From assembly GCF_026571515.1 (NCBI RefSeq), contig NW_026858768.1, forward strand, positions 124,001 through 188,000: 64,000 bases of DNA. The letters are read 5' to 3'. The notes beneath the pieces were generated by a model. The model was not told where the DNA came from and searched no databases. It saw nothing but the letters and a program-made list of their open reading frames with translations. Origin of the DNA: Ruditapes philippinarum. Its lineage: Eukaryota. Numbering within the stretch: position 1 is the stretch's first letter; every line of letters begins with the position of its first letter. Shown piece by piece: positions 25,873-41,395 of this stretch. Position numbers and translations under genes: made by a program.

Positions 25873-28800
25873 AAGTGAAGTGGATTTACATGTACTTATT
25901 AGAGTGGGATTATTTTGTATTGATCTTAAACGGAACAATTGCATTCAACGTGTTTCTGCGGCAATATCTCAAAAAAAAGAAGATAATTCCTGTTTTTCAT
26001 CTTCAGGACCAAATACCTGCTTTTGGTATCGTCATCTGAATTTTCTGTCACACGAAGCCTAAAATGAATGAGGAACAGAAAAGGGAGGGACGGGGGGCTG
26101 GTAAAATTATATGGGATACAGCAGTTGTCTGACCTATCCATATTCAATGTAGTATCTTAGATACTGCTGTATATCTTTGCTTGTATATTCCGTTGCTGCA
26201 GAATGAAGAAATGATCCCTATAAATAAGTTTGTTTGATTGAATGGTTGATTGTCACGCCAATTTTAACTCCTTTTTGTTCATCTCGCTGCCGGTTTTCCA
26301 AAATCTGTTATTACCATCTTCTTCGCAACTTCTAACCCCATTGTATTTTTGAATCAGCAGTCAGAGCTACATGATACAGAGAAATTTCAGCTCGCCCGAA
26401 GATAGAACTAGTGACCCTTGGATAACAATATTCTAATGCTCTACTTAGCTAAACGAGCGAACTTAAACTAATTTGTAACATACTTTAAACGTGGATGTTT
26501 TGAAAAGTAACAATTGCCTCTATAATAATTACTCGTTTGTTTTTCCTGTGTAATTTTGTATTGAAAACAATAATGAATTGAAAATGTTTTAAACGATTCT
26601 TTCTATCAACAATTATTATTGTCCAAAGAAAGGATACCCATTTTCTCATAACCTTTCGCATTTCTTGAAGATGTTATGTGATCGGCACACATTGTCCGTG
26701 TTTATGAATTGTAAAACCAGTTTGACCAAATTAGAAGTATGAAACCGTTACAAACAGTAAACACCCTTTTCTATAGTTTATTAAATAGTGTCTATAAGAT
26801 ATTGTTAACTAATACTATATACTAGAATTACTATAAAACACCAGTAAACACTAGACATAATGCCAGGATCTTTTTAATAAATCGTTTAAAACAGGAAACA
26901 TCATAAAAAAAGTACTGGTAAAATATTTTATGTGTTATCTCCGGCGGCGTTATCAGTTGGCTACAACAAAATGTTAGTAGTAAAACATCTCGTCTCTAGT
27001 AGTTTAATAAGTAAACTGTTTTAACATCTTATTCTTCAGATGCCGATGTTACCATGTTAAAAATGCGCACAACTACTTTATGCTATCAAATAAAACACAA
27101 AATTGATGCGATGATATAACAGAAGTCTCAAAAACGATTTGTTCGCATACTATTCACTTAAGGCTATTTTTCCCAAATAAACTTCACGTAACCTGAACTT
27201 TGCTGGGGGTAGGGTCATTAAAATGCTCTCGCAATAAGTACGTGTACATTAAATATATATTTTTAACATGGTCAGTCAAATAATTAAATTGGCACGCATT
27301 CTTCATGAGTGTCTTGATCGGAATTTAAAATAACTGTATATAAATATACATATATAAAGGTATAGTACGGTGTATTTGGCCTTGGGTAATTGGTACGTAT
27401 GTAACTTATGCAAATATTTTTTGATAACGATTTGAATTATTTATATCCGTGAAGATGAAATTACTTTAAGGGGTCAAAATCTGCAGACGTACATTTGAAC
27501 TATATTTTATCTTGACGAGATGATAAACATATCGTGGGTTGCTCAAAAAGTCAATATCCTGTCCGCTTGATTTGTCGTGTAATTCAATGCCGTTCAATGC
27601 CAATATTTTCATATCAGTTTGAGTTTAGTTATGTCTGAATTCTCACCAAAACTATAAATTTCAATCTTCATAGGTGACCCCCTTTATCGGGAACGAATAC
27701 GGCCTTATAACTGGGGCAAATTGTGTGTTCTAAGTACGAGGTACTCTATTCGGGAAGAGTCAATGTTTAACTTTTGCAGATATCACCAAGAACACAAGTA
27801 CCGGAAGTTATCAACGGTGATGAGTGGCTAGTCATTTCAGTCAGCGTCCTTTTAAAATTTGTCATGGAGGTCGGACTACAAAAATAAATTTGTGTATTTT
27901 TGTCCCAAAAGATGACAATTCCATCATTAAATTGTAAATAATGAAAACAGTCTTTTAGACATTAAATAAGATTAAACAAATTTAATGCTGTTCATATACC
28001 AGACGACAATTAAGAAACTATATATATGCACGTGACAGTTTAATGTGCAAAATACAACAAGGGAATGAATATTAATTTCGATGGAATATAATTATTGTTT
28101 GATAACCTCCCTTCAAAATTATCGCTATATAAAAGAATACATATCAAAAGTTAGTTACTAAATATGTAACATTTTTTCATTTATTTCTAATTTCAATCCA
28201 ATGTAAGAAGGTCCTTGAATATTAGTTTTTGTCAGTTGATAAATGTCAAGTGTCCTGGAACTAATAAAACGGTAATACATGAATGTATGGATAAGTATGC
28301 ATGGACATTGACCTGACATAGAACTGTCATATAAGCAATAAGATAATGCTCTTTTTTTCCCCAAAACATAATGGACGCTCCTTTTCTAGTGCTCGTTTAA
28401 TTTCCGTTTATTAATGTACCGTGCAATTTCTCGATCATATTTGGCAATTCTGATATGTTATTCAAAATACTGTTATAAACTAGCATTTTTCAATTTTAAA
28501 GCATGGACCGTGAAGGGGAACGGGACTTAACTTCACATAAAAGGTTGATTTGAATGTTATTATTCTTTTGAACTAGAGACGGATTTTGTTTTCTTGTGAA
28601 ATATACAGTATATGCCAACAGTTTTGTACAAATGTTCATCGAAACTCAATATAGAATTATAAACTTGTGTGTGTTTTTATATTGTAATAGTTAGTAAAAA
28701 GGACTGAAACATATCTGATATATGTTAATTGTTATTTATACATGTACGAATAAGATATGGTAATATAAATTATATAATAAAGATAGTTCATATTTACTTT

Positions 28801-30805
28801 GTTGAAGGATGGCTGCACGAGGGATGTTCGAACCAGGTCAAAATACTTTCATTATGGTAATGTTTCCCGTAATGGGTTCTATGTATGATTTAAAACTTGA
28901 CAACATAATTAAGTTGCCTTTTTTAAAGGACACCTTTATACAAAATTTGAACAAAATGTACCGTACGGTTTTGGACTAGTCGGCATTTTTCTGAAATTAA
29001 TTTAAACCAGTAAAACTACTTTTTGTAAAAAAAAAAGGAAACTCTAAATAATCTGCAATATCATTCTCATGAAAAATGTGTTCTTATTGATTATTATCTA
29101 GAAACAAATGATAACTTTCAGCTAAGTTAAAAGATTGTTTCTACTTGGAGTGTTTCAAATATGTATAAAAAAAAGAAACCATACCCCACTCATTTCTAGC
29201 ACTTGTTTTTTCTAAGAAGTCATCGCATTATGTGACATTATGCCCATTATCCCACATGGGAAAGAAACTGTCTTCTCCTAGGACCAAGTAGTATTCCATA
29301 CTGTTTAGATTACTGAAAGTTTCATGAAAATTCGCATTACACAAATGTGTAAGCCCAGGCCCCGTGTTCACTAAGGAAAGATCAGGATCAGGATCAAATG
29401 ATCCTGATTTTATTTTCATTGTTTTATAAAACTAAGATTGATCGTATTTTGCTAGAATTAAATGGTACTTATTCAAAATGTAAAAAAGACTTGCTGATAC
29501 CAATTTGGGTCAAAAAGCACATGTTTAAAACTCGTTATTCTAAATAAATTCGTTGAGTTATAACCTTGCACCATAGATCAGCTCAACAACAGATATACAT
29601 ATTCATGTAATTAATGTAATTTTGTTTATGTTAAAACAGTAAAGATTCAGTATTACATATATTACTGTAAGCAAATAAACGAAAAGATCTAAATCTCGCC
29701 AGATAAATGAGGTTGATGACCACTAACATTCAGTCATTCAAGGTTTAACTAAATATATCTTTATTGTGTGTGGCGATTGATGAGAAAGTGATTGTACACA
29801 TGTATTTATTTATTTGCTATTTTCATAGGTCATGAATGGTTAAAAAATTTAATAATTTCATACATAGCTAAATGTACTTCTTTAAAAATACGTTCTGTTC
29901 TAGTTGTTTTTTTTTAATATGAAAATACTATTACATGAATTTTGAGTTTTGAAAGAGCAAAAAATGATAGTTATGGCTCAGTTTTACAAAATGTTGAAAA
30001 TGTTAAAAGTCTTTTAAATTTTGGAAAAAAGAGGGATTAAATTTAGTGGTGTTAAACCATTTATTATATACCTTTCATCAGTTGGATTTTATTGTAAAGT
30101 GATAAACTTGTTGAAATGGAGTTTAAAGACGAAACAAGTTTAAGACCTCGGAGGTTAGAAGAAAAATATTTTCTATTTCAGCACAGGATAATTATATGCT
30201 CCTTTATACGCCCAGTCGTAGTTAAGCCGCGCAATGGATTTAATTTATTGCAAAAATCATAATTTGTTGTTTTTGTTTTTGTTTTTGTTTTTTTAGTATT
30301 TTTAGTATTATTAATAAACAAAAGTACTTAAAGATAATAACATGCAACATGTTTTTGATGCAGCACCCGCTGCTTTTGGTGTATATGCAATATTATATAC
30401 ATATAATAAATGTACAATCATGCGGCTTGATACATAAATTATAGATTACTATGATAACCTATATATATGATTGGCTATATATATATACTAGTATTTTATA
30501 TTGGCACATTTACAGCTTTTAGTATAATTATATAAAATATGGTGTGAATATAGGTCATCAAATTATTCAAAAACTTGTCTTCAGATTAGTGAATCAATAT
30601 ATTATTATTTCAGTAATCGATCACTATTTTTTTTTGGACAAATTCATAAACTTGAATGCTTCAGTGAATACCAGTATAACTTTAACCTAGTTAATTTGAA
30701 ACTATTTTTATTTTTCAACAGTTTCTTATCTATGGTGATTTTTTTCTGTTTCATAAAAAAGTTGCTCACTGATTATAAAACTGGGGCATTTTTGCTTCTT
30801 TTCTG

Positions 30806-31430
30806 GCAATTAGTACATATATAGCGATTGGCAATTAGCACATAATTATATAGTGATGGACAATTAGTACATATACTGTGATTGGCAATTAGTACATATA
30901 TAGTGATTGACAATAAGTACATATATAGTGATTGACAATTTGTACATTTATAGTGATTGGCAATTAGTACATATATAGTGATGGACAATTAGTACATATA
31001 CTGTGATAGGCAATTAGTGCATATATAGTGATTGACAATTAGTACAAATATAGTGATTGACAATTAGTACATACATGTATATAGTGATGGATAATTAGTA
31101 CATATAAAGTGATTGACAATTAGTACAAATATAGTGATTGACAATTAGTACATATGTAGTGATTGACAATTAGTACATATATAGAGATTGTCAATTAGCA
31201 CATATATAGTGATGGACAATTAGTATATAATTATATAGTGATGGACAATTAGTACATTTATAGTGATTGGCAATTAGTACATATATAGTGATGGACAACT
31301 AGTACATATATAGGGATGGACAATTAGTACATATATAGCGATTGTCAATTAGTACATATATAGTGATTGGAAATTAGTACATATGTAGTGATCGACAATT
31401 AGTACATATATAGTGATGGACAATTATATA
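30806..31430. repeat. 25-bp minisatellite, about 25 copies
   Basis: Unit caattagtacatatatagtgattga. Confidence 0.93.
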
Positions 31431-32547
31431 GAGATTTAGTGTTTTTATGAAAGTCAAATATCAGTATGTGTACATTTTGCTTTCTTTATCGAAAAAATAT
31501 TCATTTCTACAGCTAAATTTTTTTAATAAAATATAAAAACGGAAAAATTATCATATCGTAACATTATAGCCAATTCTTACATATAATTTCTCTGTTTTAA
31601 CATGAATATTGTAAATAAACAGTATAAAATGTAACGTAGCAAAATTATAATAATATAGACAGTCGTCATATAGCTTGGTACACTTTAATGTACCTTTAAT
31701 AAATCATCTTTAGATAAAATGTTCGAAACTATAATTAATCTATGTTAAGTAAACCGTATAACTGGATTTGAAGTGTGTTTCTAACATTTAAAAGTTTATT
31801 CAAATAAGTATACTTTAACATAGTACTATATCACCTTGAGTGTTGTATATATATATGTATATATGAACTTTCGTAATCGTCTATGTAAACTATTCGTTTT
31901 TTACGTTCATGCTAATTAAGTTGTTCGTGATGTTTAAACTGAAACGTTCATTAAAATCTATGTTGTATTTTATAATGTTCTCATATTAATTAAGTAATTT
32001 GATAGTCGTATACTTAATAATTCATAAAAAATCCCTGTTCTAAATTATTGTATGTGTTTAACTGGGACAAATTGATGTGTTGTTAAAGTCAAAGTACATC
32101 TGTTTTAATGTATGACAATTTGTGTGACATTAATCATAACTTCAATTGATACTGAATTTCATGAGTACGCAAATTGAACATCTTGTGATACCTGAATACT
32201 TAATTGATCTAAATCCATACGACGCAATTATATTTACCTAACTCACTAACGTACGCAATTAATACCGAGACATTACACATAACTACATTATATTCTGACT
32301 ACACATGAACTACGAATAACTGGAACACATGAACATCAATAATTTACCATTGAACGTACCATTATATTTACTAGACATACAACGAGCATTTATGATACCT
32401 GGCATCACATACTACGCATTTATGATTACCTTAACTACGCTTATATTTACCTAAATTACATGAATACCAATATTCCTGAGAATCAATGAATGCATATGAT
32501 TTACTGAGACATACACAATGAACGTACGCAAATTTTACGCCAAGTTT

Positions 32548-33655
32548 AATGATTTACCTGAGACATTTCACATGATTACGACATTACACATGAACGTACG
32601 CATTAATCATAAACGTACCCAATTAATGATTTACCTGAGACATTTCACATGAACGTACGCAATTTATGATTTACCTGAGACATTTCACATGAACGTAGGC
32701 AATATATGATTTACCTGAGACATTACACATGAACGTACACAATTTATGATTTACCTGAGACATTTCACATGAACGTACGCAATTTATGATTTACCTGAGA
32801 CATTACACATGAACGTACGCAATTTATGATTTACCTGAGACATTACACATGAACGTACGCAATTTATGATTTACCTGAGACATTACACATGAACGTACGC
32901 AATTTATGATTTACCTGAGACATTACACATGAACGTACGCAATTTATAATTTACCTGAGACATTACACATGGACGTACGCAGTTTATGATTTACCTGAGA
33001 CATTATACATGAATGTACGCAGTTTATGACTTACCTGGGACATTACACATAACCGTACGCAATTTATGATTTACCTGAGACATTAAACATGAACGTACGC
33101 TTCTTATGATTTACCTGAGACATTTCACATGAACGTACCCAATTTATGATTTACCTGAGACATTTCACATGAACGTACGCAATTTATGATTTACCTGAGA
33201 CATTTCACATGAACGTACGCAATTTATGATTTACCTGAGACATTACACATGAACGTACGCAATTTATGATTTACCTGAGACATTTCACATGAACGTACGC
33301 AATTTATGATTTACCTGAGACATTTCACATGAACGTACGCAATTAATGATTTACCTGAGACATTCACATGAACGTACGCAATTTATGACTTACCTGAGAC
33401 ATTTCACATGAACGTACACAATTTATGACTTACCTGAGACATTTCACATGAACGTACGCAATTTATGATTTACCTGAGACATTTCACATGAACGTACGCA
33501 ATTTATGATTTACCTGAGACATTACACATGAACGTACGCAATTTATGATTTACCTGAGACATTACACATTAACGTACACAATTTATGATTTACCTGAGAC
33601 ATTCCACATGAACGTACGCAATTTATGATTTATCTGGGACATTACACATGGACGT
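32548..33655. repeat. 40-bp minisatellite, about 27 copies, with decayed flanks (about 32100-33870)
   Basis: Unit tgatttacctgagacatt(a/t)cacatgaacgtacgcaattta. Confidence 0.95.
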
Positions 33656-33900
33656 TATAACACATAAACTTTTGTCATTAGATATTTATCTGTAACTTTA
33701 CACGTGAACGTAAGAAATCTATAACATACATGCGACATTATGCATGAACCTTTACCTGCAACATTACGTATACATTTCACATGAACGTTTATTTTACATG
33801 AACGTATATACAATTTAAGATTAACATTCAATATAAAACATGAACGTAAACGATACACATGAACATATGATAAATTGAATTAACCTATTGTTATAAACAG

Positions 33901-36654
33901 GTCTAGAATCAGTGTTCACAGCTGGCTAGTGTTTGTAACAGCATGTCTGTCCATGATGATAGATGTCGGCTTCATATTTTCGTCCGGTGCCTTGTTTGTT
34001 GATATCATGAACACATTCTCCACGAGCAGATCCGGTGCCGCTCTAGTCCAGTCAGTCCTTATGGCTGTGAGGTTCGGGATAGGTAAACATTTTACTCGCG
34101 TATAATAAGTTATTAAACCTATTTCTAATTTTCCAAGATAATTCACTGACCAAACTGGATAAAAACTTATTTCACGAGGAACAAATTCAATTCAGTTTTG
34201 AGTTTTTGAAATTAGACTACAAATATTGGATCAATTTCATTCTATCCAGTCACAAGCATTTGTTTTAGATTTGAGAGATTTAAATAATGCATTTATGCTA
34301 AATCTGCTTTGGTGATTTAATTAAGTTTTTAAAGCATCCTGCAAATAATGAAATTGCATTTTATGAGTTTATACTGTATATGCATATGTGATGGCTGAAT
34401 TTTGTTGCGGTATTTAAACATATTCTACGTTTATGTGAATAGGTATGGTAAGTGGGGCTGTGGTTCAGAGATTTGGGGCGTTGAAGGCAGGTTTCTTCGG
34501 ATCATGTTTGGCGTCAGCGGGTTTGATCCTGTCCTACTTTGCAACCTCGGTCATATTTCTCGTTTTTACCATGGGTGTTTTATTGGGTACACAGGTTTAT
34601 ATACTTACATGAAATATTGAAAAATATTATATATGGTTTGAATTTAAGTCGTACTAATGAGAAATGAATAGTAAAAATATCTTCCCGCAACACTTTGTTC
34701 ACATTCAAGGTATATAAATCGTACTTTTAGCATCTAAACTTTAAGATTGATGAAGAGTGATTGTTTGACTTTTATCTATATAGAACTATATGAATAATAA
34801 TTAATATTGATCAAATATTTTTATATAAATATCTTTTTTTTTGCAAATATCTGTCAAATTAAACATTATTGTCTTACGTTGTTTGTGGGTCACCTTTTTC
34901 ACATATATTCTTTTCAGCAATGGGGTCGTCTTGCTTGTTCATTGCGTCTTCCGTGGCAGTTGGTCAACATTTCAAGGGTAGAACAGGTCTTGTACTCATG
35001 TCTGCACAGAGTGCCGGCGGGGGATTAGGTGGCATGCTGTACCCGTTCGTACTCGAATACCTCGGGTAATTGGACTTTACTTTATGATTTTACAGTAGAT
35101 TTACAGAGATTTTCGCAAGTGGTTTCTTTTCGTAGAAATATGAAGTAGTTTTGCTTATACTTTCCATGAAGAAATTTTAATGAAATAATGACAGTTATTA
35201 CTTGTGCAAATTTCAAAGTTTTGAATGAAAGTCTAATTTAAGATCAGATAGCCACATACAGTAATTGTCTGATATTTAATACGTTGTGGTTATGTATATA
35301 ATAGCATAAATTTAAAGTATGCCCAAGTTTTCAAAAGATTAACTACTTTATAAATGTATATATTTTGTGAAATGGACTTACACATTTATACTTCAGAGAT
35401 CAGTTTGGCCTAAAAGGAGCGTTGTTGATAGTAAGTGGATTATATATGCAACTAATTCCAGCATCATTACTGTGGAAATCACGCGAAAAACGTGTTAAAA
35501 ATGCGAAACCCGATATTGACAAGCGTAGCCGTGATAAAACAGACGAAACGTTAGAAGAGAAAGATAGGGAATATACTAAATTCATTGAAAGTGTAGATAA
35601 ATATGAGGATATATCAAAGATAGACTCTGATGACACGCAAGACAGTGTGTTGATTGAACGACAGATTACCGCTATAGACGATCTACGGGAACGTAAAAAA
35701 TATCAGATACAAAGAGACGATGATATTGAAACAAAACTTGGCAAGGAAGAATCTGTTTTTGAAACTCTGAAACAATTAGCATTTAATCCTAGTTTCGTAT
35801 TATTTGCAGTAGGAATGGGAGTGGCATATCCTGCGTTAGGAATTCTATTTATATTTATTGTAGATCTATTTTTAGATGCTGGTTTAACTGAGGAGGAAGC
35901 ATCGTTGGGACTACTTCTGGTTCACATGTTCAGTATTTTTGGAAGACTGGTTCCTGGCATAATTATGCAATCGGGACGGATTTCAACATTGTCTGTTCCT
36001 ATATTTGCTGCTTTAGTGACGTCAGGAGCAATGGTAGGATTGGCGTTCGTCCAAACACTAGAAATCAATCTATTTTTGTGCTGTTTGATTGGTCTGCCTT
36101 ATGGAATGTTCGTATCGGTTTTCAGTGTGACGTCGTTGAAACTCGTTGGAATAAAACGACTTTCAAATGCAATCGGAGTGTTGTTTACTCTAAACGGGTT
36201 AGGAAGTGGATTGGCAGGACCAGTTAGCGGTATGTACAGACGTATTATAACTATATAGCTACAATTATACATTAATTGAAACATGTTCAAAAGTAACAAG
36301 ATGTCGTGGTACCAAGACAGAAAAAAAAACCAAGTTACGAATGTGATAAAATTCAACCAAAGTAAACATATTCCAATGTGTTCCCTTACCCCGCTTTTGT
36401 CTTTTTAGTATGAATTCCTGAGATCAGAAATAAATTATTCAACATGTACTTTATTGGTTCCAGGTTTACTGAGAGATTCTATGGGTTCCTATACCATACC
36501 ATTCCTGATAGCAGCTGGAGTCGTATTTGCTGGTTCCCTATTATTCTGCGCGTCTCTACACGTACGTCGGCAACATAAACACTACATTACAGAGACAACC
36601 ACTCTCTTGCAGGCCGGGAATCAGACTGCCATATCAAACGGTGCCACGTCGTGA
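33901..36654 (+). CDS. SLC16/monocarboxylate-transporter-like MFS protein; first coding exon not located
   Basis: Phase-consistent GT-AG exons: 33901-34082 (SWLVFVTACL...TFSTSRSGAALVQS), 34443-34586 (VVQRFG...GLILSYFATS), 34918-35065 (AVGQHF...GGGLGG.LYP), 35397-36229 (FGLKGALLI, large central loop, GRL, LVGIKRLSNAIG, AGPVSG), 36464-36654 (GLLRDSMGSY..PF). Confidence 0.9.
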
Positions 36655-37124
36655 ATATGACACGAAATGTTTTTACAACTTGAAAACGATACTTAAAAAA
36701 AATGTGCTTGGTGTCTAGGTAAAGAAAGGATGAAAAGAATTGCTAATTGTTGATTTTGTACTTCCGGTCAGATTGTGTACGAGAGAAAATGAAGGAAATT
36801 TTGAAGTGATAAGCAATGTTGAAGATAAACACATGCCATGTAAAATAACATTATTGTGGGCCTAATGGTTTCAAATTTATTTAATAGGTACATTTTTAAT
36901 TAGACAAAATAATGGACGGACATACGGAATTCCTCACAACAGGAGTGTGAGCATTTTTTGTTTTGTCTGTTATGTTTTTATTCTTGTTTAAAGTACTCAG
37001 TGAGGTCAATAAAGTATCCTAAGAAAAGAACTTACACATTTTTTCCTAGACCCGACAACTGTACTCCTTTCTGAAAAACACTCATTTTTCGACAAACAAA
37101 ACTTTTTCTTAGTAAATAGAGGAT

Positions 37125-37255
37125 TATAAATACAGGACTTTTTTTTCATCGAATGATATGAAAATAAATAGTTCACAAGTGGCAGTTACTGTAGCCAAGA
37201 GTGAAATATGATCATTTTCATACCACAAGATGAAAATAAATCCTGTATTTATAGA
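37125..37255. repeat. Degenerate palindromic repeat element
   Basis: Inverted arms tataaatacagga...tcctgtatttata around a gtggc...gcca centre, resembling the 60.8-kb hairpin. Confidence 0.5.
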
Positions 37256-40200
37256 AAAAAAACTTCAATTTTCTGTTTATTATATACTTTTTCTCTATTT
37301 TAACCTTACCAATAGGAAGAATTCTATTTTAATTTTGTGTATTGGCTGAATTTAGAAGAAAGTAGTCCGGCAAGACACCAGTGAAAATACGGAAAATATG
37401 TTTCACTGCAGTGAAAATAATTTTTTACAGTGAAAATACGAAAAAATGAAAAATACAGATTTTATTTCATCAATATTTCTCAATTATAAGTATATAATAA
37501 ACAAATGTACTCTTTTCCAACAAACAAATGTACTCGTATGTATTCTATTCCGAGAAACAAACATACTCTTTTTCCAACACTTCTGACAAATAAATGTACT
37601 CTTTCACAGTGATCTTAAGTACTCGCAAGACATGTATATACTGAAAAGTATAGGCTGGCAAGAAAGGGTACAGGGATTTCGTTTCACAACTGAATTTTAT
37701 AAAAAGAAAATAAACTTGAACATTATTTCGCACTACAATTAAAGTCAGAGAAGAGAATTGTATTTTACCTGAAAAAAATCCTAACATTACATTCATACAC
37801 AGTGAAGGAATGCTTTGAAACAATTAAGAAAACGGCTTTAACTTTTATCCAACTCAATTAAATAATTATATTAATTGGATTTCTACGAAAGTATCCTGGT
37901 GCAAATTCATAATGATTTTATATAATAAGATGACTCCTACGTTCGTGTTATGCGCTAAATTATAGGTTCTACTGAAGGTGGATTGAATTTCAACACAATG
38001 TTCCGTTTTATCATTTATTGTTTCTTTTTCAGTGGAATACCACACACATTTATTATTTATCAAATATACACAGGTTATCCTGACGTTAACAAATACAATG
38101 TAAATATTAAAAAGCAGTAACAAATATTTCTAGTGGAGAGCCACAACGTTATTAATTGGAAATCCAAAATCTAACTGTTCGATTTCTCTATCTTTACAAT
38201 ATTTCTAAAAATGGTTTCGTTTTAAACTGACCAATAAAATTTTAACATTTTTGTGTCTTAAATAACAAAATGACCAATCAGGTTTCAATACAAAATAAGG
38301 TAACATAGCAACATAGAATTTATAACAACAATCATCACCAGGACATTTTATCAGTCATAAGGTTTAAAAACTTATTAAGTACAGACAGCTTAATTGACTT
38401 TATCACCTTTATATAATAAAACTTTTAGCACAGTTGATTGGACAAAGAGGAAAAGCCACATTTTAATCTTCCAGTTACATAATTTTAAATTTGACATCTG
38501 TTATTGAAACATATAATATTTGTAACTTAACATATTTGAAATTTCACAAATTTTGTTTTGAAAATATGACCTTTTAGAAAATGATTATATATAGAAAATC
38601 ATCATGCATATTTATTCTTTTTTTTTTATAAATGAATTTTATCATTTTTCGGCACAACACTGTATAAAAAAGCTGTCTAATTAGGACATATGACTTATTA
38701 TCTCCTACAGAGAAGATAAAAAAGACTTTTTTCTATTTTCTACTACGTAAGAGTTACATAGTCCTTATAAGGCTTAAAGAGCATTATGAATTGGCACCAG
38801 GTCGCTTCCGTAAATAGCTTCTGTAGATACCTGATATTCCCGGCGTGCACATACATGGCACATGTCAAATTTGATTAAGCCCGTATTCAGAAACGATACT
38901 CAATCTCAATCTCGACTTAAACTCACGAAAAAAGTCACCTCAAATAACGCTGGAGTAGACTTTCGGTAACTTTATGTGCAAAGTGGTATTTGTTTTGTTT
39001 ACTCAATCTTACCTCTCGTGATGGAGATTTCAAAAGTTGACCGATCGGTTTTTTTCCCATATACATTGCAAAAGTGTTCCCATGTTGTGTAAAAGAGTGT
39101 ATTTCACCGAAGTGGAAAAAAAGTTGTTAAGATAATTAAATATTAAAAATCTTAATGTAACAGAAAACCACACAAAATGATTTTAAATTTTGTTTCGATA
39201 AAAAAAAGTAAATGGAGAAATTTAAAGAGAATTTAATAGTTTTCAAGTAGTTACTGCCAGAATAGCAACCATTGATTGTTGGAAAACATGAAAGACAGGA
39301 CGAACAAAAAGAAGCTAAATAAAGTAGTGAAAGGCGTTTGAAAGGCATTTAGAAATGAAAAAAAAACAACATTTCAATAGGGTAAACTTTATTTTGAAAG
39401 TAGCATCCATTTTATGTCAATGAAAAGCATTTTCAATACACACTTATGTTTTCTTTTCTTAATCATCTTATGATCTTTTTAAAGGCCCACTATGCATCAG
39501 GCATTTTTTTTTCTCTCAAAATTGTTAAATTCGTGGTATCTTGTAACAGTTCTGAACATTGTTTTCATAACACAGTACTCCACGTAAAAAGCAACTTTAA
39601 ATAGTATTTAAATATTTTTCTAAAGAATTAAAAAAATGAAGAGTAACGTGACTTTTAAAAGACTGTTTTATTTAAATCTTTGTGATTGGTATTTGCAATT
39701 ATAGAATCTTAATCATTTTAATTTATTTCTTGAATAAAATAAAATGATTTTGTACATGCCCCTCCCCCTTTCAAAAATAAAACAAAACAGCAACAACCCT
39801 GTTTGATTGTGATGCTGGAATACCTGATGACTGAAGAGGTAAAACATTATACAGTTATTATTAAAGTTACAAACTGGATCTAAGTAATGAAACACCATAC
39901 TCGATTAGTAAAGTATATAAATTAGGCTAAACAAATGTTATTAAAAATATTGTTATGTTACGTAGATTTTGATAAGGTTTTAATTAAAATACTCAGACGT
40001 CATCAATGTTTACTTTATTCCAAGAAGAATTTTTCTGTCATGTTTCCTTTGAAATATCTTTAAATGTATAAATTAGGAATTCTATGTCAATTCCAAGATT
40101 CAAACAGTGTGATATAACTTGTATCAAACTGTTATTTTTAATATTTCAAAAATAAAAAAAATAACTAAATGACATTTGTTTAAACCATAAATATTTATAT

Positions 40201-40611
40201 ATGCCTATATTTAGACGCATACGACAAATCATCCGATATCATTGACGGTCACATTGACACACACACATGAACAGTTATTTTAATGGTATGCACGTGAACA
40301 TTTTTTTCCCGTTATATTTTCGCGGAACTCAAGAAAAACTCGTGCAGCATAAAATGGCCAATGATAATGTGTAACTGTGTCACGTGTAATGTATTAAATC
40401 TGTTAGTAAAAGGATATATAGTTCGTGTTTACTTATTCATTCAATCATTCACTAAGCAGGTAAATTTTCTTTGTTTTTATAGATTACATTTGTAACTATT
40501 TACTTATTGTCTGATACCAACGTCATTCACAGAAATGTACTTGTACATGTATGCCAGCAGAACAGTAGGCAAACGTTTACCAGTGTTTACATGTACTTTC
40601 ATCTGTTTCAC

Positions 40612-40842
40612 CGCTGTGGATTCGAATCACGTCAGGGACTTTGGATTCTTTCATGTGACTGTGAGGTAGCTATCCAGCTAGCTTACGGAACGTCGGTGGT
40701 TCTACTCAGGTGCCCGTTCATGTCTGAAATAATGCACGAAAGGGCGTCTGAGGTCTTCCTCCACAAGTAAAGCTGGAACGTCGCCATATGACATGTACTG
40801 TGTCGGTGTAGCGTAAAACCCAATTAAACAAACAAACAAACA
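40612..40842 (+). mobile_element. tRNA-derived SINE (5'-truncated)
   Basis: gattcgaatc B-box remnant, same body as the 15488-16327 copy, and an (aaac)n tail. Confidence 0.85.
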
Positions 40843-41196
40843 TCAGTTTCACGTGCTTGCAAAAATTATACAAGTTGAATTGTATTTAGTAGCAATAAAT
40901 GATACAGTTGTTAGGAGTAAAAGGTGCTTGCAAAATTAAACATGATGATATAGTTGAATTGTCTGATTGTAAATGCTTCTTTGTGTGGAAACGTTCTCAA
41001 TGAATGATTTACCCCAGCTGTGGTTAACTGGTTAATACATTAACAGTTCAATGTATAGGTGTAATCATGACCACAGTGATTACAAGCACCGTTTACTTCC
41101 GGTCACTGTATCATATATAGCAAGCTTTAACAATTCAACTTTTATCATTTTTGGGCGATCACAGGAAGTAAAGATTTTTTAACAAGACAATGTCTG

Positions 41197-41395
41197 CCAG
41201 AATGGATCCAGACTAGCCTGCGCATCTGCGCAGTCTGATCAGGATCCATGCTGTTCGCTTACAAGCCCTATAACAAGTAGAGAAACTGATAGCGAACAGC
41301 ATGGATCCTGATCAGACTGCGCGGATGCGCAGGCTGGTCTGGATCCATGCTGGTCGCAAACCCATTATGTTGGTTTTGTCATGACACGGCTCATT
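41197..41395. mobile_element. Palindromic MITE-like element
   Basis: About 60-bp arms atggatccagactagcctgcgcatctgcgcagtctgatcaggatccatgctgttcgct and agcgaacagcatggatcctgatcagactgcgcggatgcgcaggctggtctggatccat. Confidence 0.85.

Noticed and set aside
27780-29840. Candidate first exons for the SLC16 gene
   Set aside because: None gave an ATG-containing exon ending in phase 2 with a credible donor, so the question is left open.
30806-33655. 25-bp and 40-bp arrays as CRISPR
   Set aside because: Units are head-to-tail with no unique spacers, there are no cas genes, and the context is eukaryotic.
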